A stretch of DNA of 64,000 bases, taken from assembly GCA_965267475.1 (NCBI GenBank), contig OZ254079.1, positions 1,438,209 through 1,502,208 of the forward strand, given 5' to 3'. Under the pieces are notes generated by a model that saw nothing but the letters and a program-made list of their open reading frames with translations, did not search any database and was not told the origin of the DNA. This DNA is from Paracoccaceae bacterium. GTDB lineage: Bacteria > Pseudomonadota > Alphaproteobacteria > Rhodobacterales > Rhodobacteraceae. How positions within the stretch are numbered: the stretch's first letter is position 1; every line of letters begins with the position of its first letter. Made by a program: the position numbers and the translations under genes. Of this stretch, positions 56,845 through 64,000 are shown one piece after another.

Positions 56845-59391
56845 ATGGCCTTAACGGACGACGAAATTCGCGAAGCGCTTGAGACTTGCGCGTCGGAACC
56901 CGTGCACACACCCGGTGTTACACAGCCGTTTGCCTGCCTTATGGCGATTGATGCCGAGACGAACGCCATCACCCATGTCAGCGAGAATTGCCAAGATATC
57001 CTTGGCTATCATCCGTCATCCATGCTGGGCAAGGACCTGCTGGAACTTGTTGGACGCGAAATCTGGCACGACTTGCAGAATACCTTGTTTCAGCCGGACG
57101 CGTCCGAAACCATGCAGCCGGTAGGCGAGGTGACGTTGAACGGGCGCGACCTGCATTTTGCCGCCTGCCAGTATGGACCACGCCTCATCGTCGAGTGGGA
57201 GCCGGCACGACTAGCGGCTTTTGAGGGTTCCAATGCCCTAAAAACAATTGGGTTTCTGATCAGCAAGGTCGAGTCGTGCAAAACTGAGGAGGACTTGTTC
57301 TCGACCACTGTGCGGCTGATGCGAAACTTAACGGGCTATGACCGCATCATGATCTACCGGTTCGACCGGGACTTTAACGGCGAAGTGCTCGCCGAAGAGC
57401 GAAAAAGCCGGTTAGAGAGTTTTCTGAACCTGCGCTTCCCGCATTGGGACATTCCCGAACAGGCGCGGGCGATGATGTTGAAATCGCCGCTTCGGTTCAT
57501 CAGCGATGTGGATCAGGCACCCGTTCCATTGATTGCAAGGGATGATGATCCCCAACCGCTGGATATCAGCCACGCGGCGTCACGCGGCGTTTCGCCCATC
57601 CATTTGCAATACCTGCGCAACATGGGGTCGCAGGCGACATTGACGCTGCATATCGAGTCCGACGGCGCGCTTTGGGGGATCATTTCTTTCCATCACTCGT
57701 CTCCGCGCGTTCCAGCGCCAGATCTGCGCGAACTTCTCAAACAGTTCCGGCATGTGTTTTCGTCGAAACTGCGGGTTCTGCGCCAGGACGCAAGAATTGG
57801 TCTGATCGCTCGGGTCGACGCGCTGAAAGATAGGTTTCAGGCCGAGATCGAAACAGTTCGTGGGTTTGAGGACTTCGCCACATCGGTGCTTGAAATCCTG
57901 GATGCCGATGGCCTTGCACTGACTGAGGATGGCGGCACGCGGGTCTTTGGAACCGTTCCTGACGAGCCACTCACCAAGCACGTGTTCAACCTGCCGATGG
58001 ATCGTAACGCGCTGATGAGTTTTGATAACTTGGAGAAGGAATTCCCCGGATTTTCAAAGGCGTTCAATGGTTGCGCGGGCGCGCTGGTCTGCGCGTTCGA
58101 ACCTGCGCGAAGACTTGGCATATTCCGAAAGGAGCAGTCGCGCGAAGTCAACTGGGCCGGAAATCCGGAAAAGACGATTGAGAACCACGAAGGTCGCAAC
58201 CGAATTTCGCCGCGGGGATCCTTTTCAACATATCTGGAAGTGGTTCGGGGCTTTTCGGCACCTTGGTCGGATGAGGCGCTTTATTTCGCGAGCCGCATCT
58301 GGACATTGGTGAACACGATCGAGCGTCAAGAGCTGGCCAAGGCCATGACGCACCAGCAAAAGATCATGATCGATGAGCTTAATCATCGCGTTCGCAACAT
58401 CCTGACGTTGATCCGATCGGTATCTGAGCAGTCGCGCCGGGCCAGCGCGGGTTCTTCGCAAGGCTACGCCGATGCCCTTGAAGACCGAGTCCAATCGCTG
58501 GCGGCGTCTCACGATCTTGCATCCGCAGGTCTGGCGGATGCGGTGTCCATTGAAAAGCTGATCCGGCTTGAGTTCGAACCCTATGGGTCGGATCCGGACC
58601 GCGTACAGATCGCCGGTCAAGGTGCATCGATCCGACCGGAAGCGGCGCCGATTTTCACCCTGGTTTTGCATGAACTCGTGACGAATTCGGTGAAGTACGG
58701 AGCGCTGTCGGATGCTCGGGGCGGTGTGGAGGTCACCTTGTCCGAGCAGGATGACGGTGTGGAGTTGACCTGGACGGAAAGCGGTGGCCCAGCCGTTGTC
58801 GAGCCTAAAACACTGGGGTTCGGTATCAACCTGATCCAGAAGGCGATCCCCCATGAACTGGGGGGCAGGGCCGCGCTGTCGTTCGCCGAAACGGGGGTTC
58901 GGGCCACATTCTTTCTGCCGTCCCGGGTTCTGGGCGAGACCTTAGACGTGACCCAATCCCCCAACACGGCCGCGGCCAATGCATCGAAGACGGCCACGGA
59001 GTTCCAAGACGTTTTGTCGGAAGCCACCTGCCTTATCGTTGAAGATAATTTCATCATTGCCGAAGGCCTTGGGGCCCAGCTTCGCGATTTCGGCATTGGC
59101 GGGGTCGAGACGGTTCCAAGCGTGGAAGCTGCCCTGGATTTTCTGGCCGATCAGATGCCGACCTTTGCCATCCTGGATGTCAATCTGGGTGGCGGGCAAA
59201 CCAGTCTGCCGTTGGCAAGCAATCTCTCGGATGCAGGCGTGCCTTTCCTCTTCATGTCAGGATACGGTGACAGTGCACATTTTGAAGGCCGGTTTGCAGA
59301 TGTTCTGAAGCTGACCAAACCGGCGAAGCCAGACGAAGTTTTCAGCGCAATTTCGGAAACCCTGGGCGCAACAGGCGACGGCAGATCGTGA
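56845..59391 (+). CDS. bphP: bacteriophytochrome: PAS-GAF-PHY photosensory core + HWE/HisKA_2 histidine kinase + receiver
   Basis: N-terminal Cys in LETCASEPVHTPGVTQPFA. GAF motifs YDRIMIYRFDRDFNGEVLAEE, FPHWDIPEQARAMM and SPIHLQYLRNMG. H-box ELNHRVRNILTLIRSV. C-terminal REC (LIVEDN...ILDVNL...LTKP). Confidence 0.88.
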   Translation: MALTDDEIREALETCASEPVHTPGVTQPFACLMAIDAETNAITHVSENCQDILGYHPSSMLGKDLLELVGREIWHDLQNTLFQPDASETMQPVGEVTLNGRDLHFAACQYGPRLIVEWEPARLAAFEGSNALKTIGFLISKVESCKTEEDLFSTTVRLMRNLTGYDRIMIYRFDRDFNGEVLAEERKSRLESFLNLRFPHWDIPEQARAMMLKSPLRFISDVDQAPVPLIARDDDPQPLDISHAASRGVSPIHLQYLRNMGSQATLTLHIESDGALWGIISFHHSSPRVPAPDLRELLKQFRHVFSSKLRVLRQDARIGLIARVDALKDRFQAEIETVRGFEDFATSVLEILDADGLALTEDGGTRVFGTVPDEPLTKHVFNLPMDRNALMSFDNLEKEFPGFSKAFNGCAGALVCAFEPARRLGIFRKEQSREVNWAGNPEKTIENHEGRNRISPRGSFSTYLEVVRGFSAPWSDEALYFASRIWTLVNTIERQELAKAMTHQQKIMIDELNHRVRNILTLIRSVSEQSRRASAGSSQGYADALEDRVQSLAASHDLASAGLADAVSIEKLIRLEFEPYGSDPDRVQIAGQGASIRPEAAPIFTLVLHELVTNSVKYGALSDARGGVEVTLSEQDDGVELTWTESGGPAVVEPKTLGFGINLIQKAIPHELGGRAALSFAETGVRATFFLPSRVLGETLDVTQSPNTAAANASKTATEFQDVLSEATCLIVEDNFIIAEGLGAQLRDFGIGGVETVPSVEAALDFLADQMPTFAILDVNLGGGQTSLPLASNLSDAGVPFLFMSGYGDSAHFEGRFADVLKLTKPAKPDEVFSAISETLGATGDGRS

Positions 59392-59933
59392 CACGACGTT
59401 TGGACAATCGGCATTTGCTGAAAACCGCAACATCGCAGGTGCATGCCGACACCGAACGGCTTTGGACCTCGGATGGTGTGTTCCGGGACCAGGGCGTGTA
59501 TTTTGGCTGGCTCGGTGGAATGCTGGTTGTTCATGCGCGGCTTGGGTTACCGGCAGCACGGATGCTTGGGAGCAAACCCTATTGCGAACAGGAAAAGGCG
59601 CGGGCAGCGGCTATTGCGGAGGACCTGGGTCACGTTTTGCCTGTGATACCCGTTGCAGGGAACAAGTCGGAAAGCTGGGCCTGGGGTGTCCAATATTCGG
59701 TTAGCGGCGCCGCGTTGGGCGCAAGCCATTTGCTTAGATCCGACCGGTTGGATGGTTCTTGGCCCCGGGCCTATCTTGACGCGATGGCGGGTTTTGCCCG
59801 GTCCGGCGGGTTGCGAGATTTTCTTACTGCCTTGAACGCACAGGACCTTGATCACGGGCAGGCGGTGGCAGGCGCCCGGGATGTCTTTCAGGTTCTTCAG
59901 GACGAAACGACTGTCTCAGAGAAGGCGGATTGA
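59388..59933 (+). CDS. bphO: heme oxygenase (biliverdin-producing, BphO-like)
   Basis: GTG start overlaps the bphP stop (GTGA). LKTATSQVHADTE matches the LRxxTxxxHxxxE proximal-His helix. About 180 aa. Confidence 0.75.
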   Translation: MTRRLDNRHLLKTATSQVHADTERLWTSDGVFRDQGVYFGWLGGMLVVHARLGLPAARMLGSKPYCEQEKARAAAIAEDLGHVLPVIPVAGNKSESWAWGVQYSVSGAALGASHLLRSDRLDGSWPRAYLDAMAGFARSGGLRDFLTALNAQDLDHGQAVAGARDVFQVLQDETTVSEKAD

Positions 59934-60003
59934 CGTCGGACCTGGCATGGCGGGCCGGTATCTCGCAGTCCCGTTCTGAACCAAACCGAGGCGCAATTGC
60001 GCC

Positions 60004-60899
60004 TTAACCCTCGGCGACGCCTAACTCGGATTTACGCGCCGTTTCGGGCGTGAACCCGCCAGTGCTTCGAACCGCCATGGCGCCCCGAAGATTCCCGGCT
60101 TCAAGACATGTCTGGGGGGATGCGCCGTCAAGCCAGCACGACAGGAAGCCTGCGTTGAATGCATCCCCAGCGCCGGTGGTGTCCAAGACTTCTGTCGCAA
60201 GGGCAGGGGCAGAATACGTGCCATCGGCTGACAGATAGGTGGCCCCTTTTTGACCCTTCTTGATCACCGTTACCGGTGCGATGCCACTGCCAAGCCCGAG
60301 CTTTCGCAAGGCCGTCATCTCGTCTTCGTTCGGCATGAACACATCGATTGCCCCGATGAACGGCCGTATCGCGTTTGCATCAAACGCATCGTCCCATCCG
60401 CAGTCGACCGATATCGTTGCGCCGAGCGATCGGGCAACGCCGATGACTTCGGGCCGCGCGATCAGGCTTGCGATCTCTCCGATATGGATATGCTTGATAT
60501 GTCGACGCGCCAGTTCCTTTTCGGCGAGCTTGGGAAAGGGCGGGCCGGCACGCCGCGTCAGGAAAGATCGGTCGGCTGCTTGGGCCATTGCCACGGTGAT
60601 CTGGGGCCCGTCCGCGCGTGACAAGGGCGCGCAAAGAGACAGATCGAGGTTTGACGCCTCAAGGTCCGGGCGCATCAGATCGCTGAAGGGCGACGCGGGA
60701 AGCATTGCGGCCAATGCACAGGAATGACCAAGCTGTGACAGATGCGCAGCGGTCACGAAGGCTCCGCCTCCGGCGTGGGCGCCGAAGTCTTCCGTAAAGA
60801 CCTCCGTCCCCAGTGTCGGCATCCTCGGAAGATCTGCGAAGATCAGGTCGCAGTAGAGGCGTCCGACCGAAAGCACCGCTGTTTTGCCCTGGCCACGCA

Positions 60900-60900
<1 letters not shown>
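60004..60900 (-). CDS. PfkB-family carbohydrate kinase
   Basis: C-terminal DTTGAGDAFNAGF ATP/anion-hole motif. 298 aa. Confidence 0.82.
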
Positions 60901-61955
<1,055 letters not shown>

Positions 61956-63440
61956 TCAGGTCTCCAAAAGCGCGTTGAAGGCATGGGACAGGGTAAGATC
62001 CGCCGCCTTGTGGCGGTTTGCACGAATGGTCTTGCGAGCGACGAGACCAGACAGAGTTTCGCGGTATTCGGCCAAAGCGTCGGATAGCGCCGCAGGGGCG
62101 GGACCGCCCGGGCGGTCGCGTCGGGTCACAAAGGTTTCGGTGGACACGGTCGTTTGGAAGGCCGCTTCAGTCAGGGCAGGGGACTTGCCTGTCGCTGTTT
62201 GGAAGGCCGTTACGAAGGCGCCATAGCCGAGCCCTAGTGGTGCGCCATCCTTGATCACCGCGCGGGCTGTGGCGGCTGCGATCTCGTGCGCTTGTCGGAA
62301 ACTCAGCCCCTCATCCCGAACCAGCGTGTCCGCCAGCTCCGTGATGGTGATGCAGGCCGCATCGGTTGTCTTTGCCACACGGTCCGCATTGATCTTGCAG
62401 GCGGGGACCAGAGCCGTCAGAAGCCGGAGGACCCGGCTGGCGCTGTCGAACGCGGCATAGCCTGCCTGCTGCACCTCGCCTTCGCTGTCGTTCATGTCGG
62501 TAAAAGGCGTGTTGTGCATCGTGTTCACGACCATGTCGCAGCGCCCGACCGTGGCGCTGGCCAAGTGACGCAGGTGTTCAATCGGCACCGGGTTCCGCTT
62601 TTGCGGCATGATCGACGAGATCTGGACAAGGCTGTTTGGCACGTAAAGCTGGCCCACTTCGAAGGCCGACCAGAATTGCAGGTCCTGGATCAAGCGGCCC
62701 AAATGCAGGAAGGGAAGCCTCATGGCTGAATAAAGCCCGGTCACGTAATCGACCGAAGCGATGCAGCCGTAGGCATTCAGAAGCGGATCTTCAAAGCCCA
62801 ATAGGTCAGCCACGCGGTGCCGGTCGATGGGAAACCCGGATGTCGTGATGGCGGCGGCGCCCATCGGGCAATGCTCTAACCCGTCCGCCGCAGCGTCGAG
62901 CCGTTCTGCGTCGCGCAGGATCACCTCGATGATTGCGCCAAGGTAATGTCCGAACGTCGTTGGTTGCGCCGGCTGGCCATGGGTGTAGGCGACGATCAGC
63001 GTGTCTGATTCCGCTTCGGCCTTCGCAATCAGCGCTTCGGCAAGCGCATGGGCTTCGCCCAGAAGCGTGGCGGTGCGGGTCCGCAAGGCCAGTTTGAACA
63101 GCGTGTGATCCATGTCGTTTCTGGACCGTGCGGTGTGGAGCGCACCGCCAAGGTCACCGAGACGTGCTTTCAACTCGGCTTCAACAAGGAAAAAGTAGTC
63201 CTCATGCTCGCCAGTATAGGTCAGCTTCGAGATGTCGATCTCGGCAGCGATGTCCCGCAAGGCGCCCGCAATGGCCGTGGCTTCCGCTGACGCCAATATC
63301 CCTGTCTCTGCCAGCATCACGAGATGGGCCTTGTTGATCGCGGCCATTCCCGTAGCGTAATGCGCCTTCACCCCTTCGAAGAGAGGCGCCAGCACCGTGT
63401 CGCGGTAAACCGGGTCCGGGAAAACAGAGCTGTCGGTCAT
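61956..63440 (-). CDS. argininosuccinate lyase-family (fumarate lyase superfamily) protein
   Basis: Superfamily signature SSIMPQKRNP, 494 aa from MTDSSVFPDP. ATGA overlap with the upstream permease gene and directly abuts the ATPase gene. Confidence 0.75.
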   Translation of the reverse strand: MTDSSVFPDPVYRDTVLAPLFEGVKAHYATGMAAINKAHLVMLAETGILASAEATAIAGALRDIAAEIDISKLTYTGEHEDYFFLVEAELKARLGDLGGALHTARSRNDMDHTLFKLALRTRTATLLGEAHALAEALIAKAEAESDTLIVAYTHGQPAQPTTFGHYLGAIIEVILRDAERLDAAADGLEHCPMGAAAITTSGFPIDRHRVADLLGFEDPLLNAYGCIASVDYVTGLYSAMRLPFLHLGRLIQDLQFWSAFEVGQLYVPNSLVQISSIMPQKRNPVPIEHLRHLASATVGRCDMVVNTMHNTPFTDMNDSEGEVQQAGYAAFDSASRVLRLLTALVPACKINADRVAKTTDAACITITELADTLVRDEGLSFRQAHEIAAATARAVIKDGAPLGLGYGAFVTAFQTATGKSPALTEAAFQTTVSTETFVTRRDRPGGPAPAALSDALAEYRETLSGLVARKTIRANRHKAADLTLSHAFNALLET

Positions 63441-64000
63441 CCCTTCAGCCCCGCCATGACGACACCGCGAATAATGAACCGCTGGAAGATCAGGAAGACG
63501 ATCAAGGTTGGGATGGTTGAGATCGCGGCACCCGTCATCACCAGTTCCCAAGCCACATCGGCCTCATCGGCGAAGGTCGAAAGACCCACGGGCAATGTGT
63601 ACATGTCCCAGCTGTTCGTGACGATCAGTGGCCAGATAAATGCTGTCCAATTGCCAAGGAAGACAAAGATCGCCAGCGCCGCCAACGCCGGTTTCACCAG
63701 CGGCATCGCGACGGTCCACCAAATCTGCAATTCATTCAGCCCGTCGATCCGCGCGGCTTCGATGAAGTCGTCCGGCACGGTTTCAAAGAATTGCTTCATA
63801 AGGAAGGTCCCGAAAGCCGTCATCAGACCTGGGAACATGATGCCCCAATGGGTGTCGAGCCAGCCGAAAGACTGGCTCATCAAATACCATGGGATCACAA
63901 GCATCTCGGTCGGGATCATCAGGGTTGAGAGTATTGCGATAAAGACGATGTAGCGGCCCGGGAAGCGGAACTTGCAAAGCGTATAGCCCACAAGGCTGTC
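63437..64000 (-). CDS. carbohydrate ABC transporter permease (N-terminus beyond right edge)
   Basis: EAA loop FIEAARIDGLNELQIWWTVAMP and C-terminal TM segments. The reading frame stays open to the window edge. Confidence 0.85.
   Translation of the reverse strand, partial: DSLVGYTLCKFRFPGRYIVFIAILSTLMIPTEMLVIPWYLMSQSFGWLDTHWGIMFPGLMTAFGTFLMKQFFETVPDDFIEAARIDGLNELQIWWTVAMPLVKPALAALAIFVFLGNWTAFIWPLIVTNSWDMYTLPVGLSTFADEADVAWELVMTGAAISTIPTLIVFLIFQRFIIRGVVMAGLKG

Overview
High-GC, densely coding chromosomal segment that looks alphaproteobacterial (Rhodobacteraceae-like gene content and order). All calls come from reading motifs by eye; no searches or computations were run. I saw no rRNA, tRNA, CRISPR array, transposase or integrase.

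Backbone genes:
- Divergent ArgP-type LysR regulator and LysE/ArgO exporter pair.
- Methylmalonyl pathway cluster: pccB, RidA, small lipoproteins, pccA, DUF4174, B12-dependent methylmalonyl-CoA mutase.
- TerB/J-domain protein translationally coupled to an EEP-family enzyme.
- ppx-ppk1-hdaA-AI-2E block, proS, lolCE/lolD, parE, ppk2, MATE transporter, ptsP-lysC, HDAC-like/thpR, kdsA.
- A sugar-type ABC/PfkB operon at the right edge.

Many ORF-track entries carry spurious N-terminal extensions or are antisense shadow ORFs typical of high-GC DNA. I re-set starts where an RBS or a family-typical N-terminus supports it.

Most interesting content:
1. A four-gene DUF2282/DUF692(MNIO)/DUF2063/DoxX operon (54.1-56.7 kb). 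It matches the bufferin class of signal-peptide-bearing, Cys-modified RiPP metallophores. A strong hairpin sits between the precursor gene and the enzyme genes.
2. Next to it, a bacteriophytochrome (PAS-GAF-PHY-HWE kinase-REC) with an overlapping heme oxygenase gene. A perfect CtrA-type TTAA-N7-TTAAC box lies just upstream.
3. A locus at 29.6-33.4 kb. A 759-bp segment is present twice at near identity (2 mismatches). Each copy holds a conserved 5' leader, a secreted three-repeat protein of unknown family, a C/U-rich stem-loop 3' UTR and a terminator. A divergent third paralog shares the leader and faces a DUF2927 gene.
4. A roughly 400-bp patch of strongly atypical A/T-ending codon usage inside pccA.

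Smaller items: several sub-60-aa lipoprotein ORFs missed by the ORF track, a terminator-bounded candidate sRNA, and a structured GC-rich intergenic element downstream of parE.
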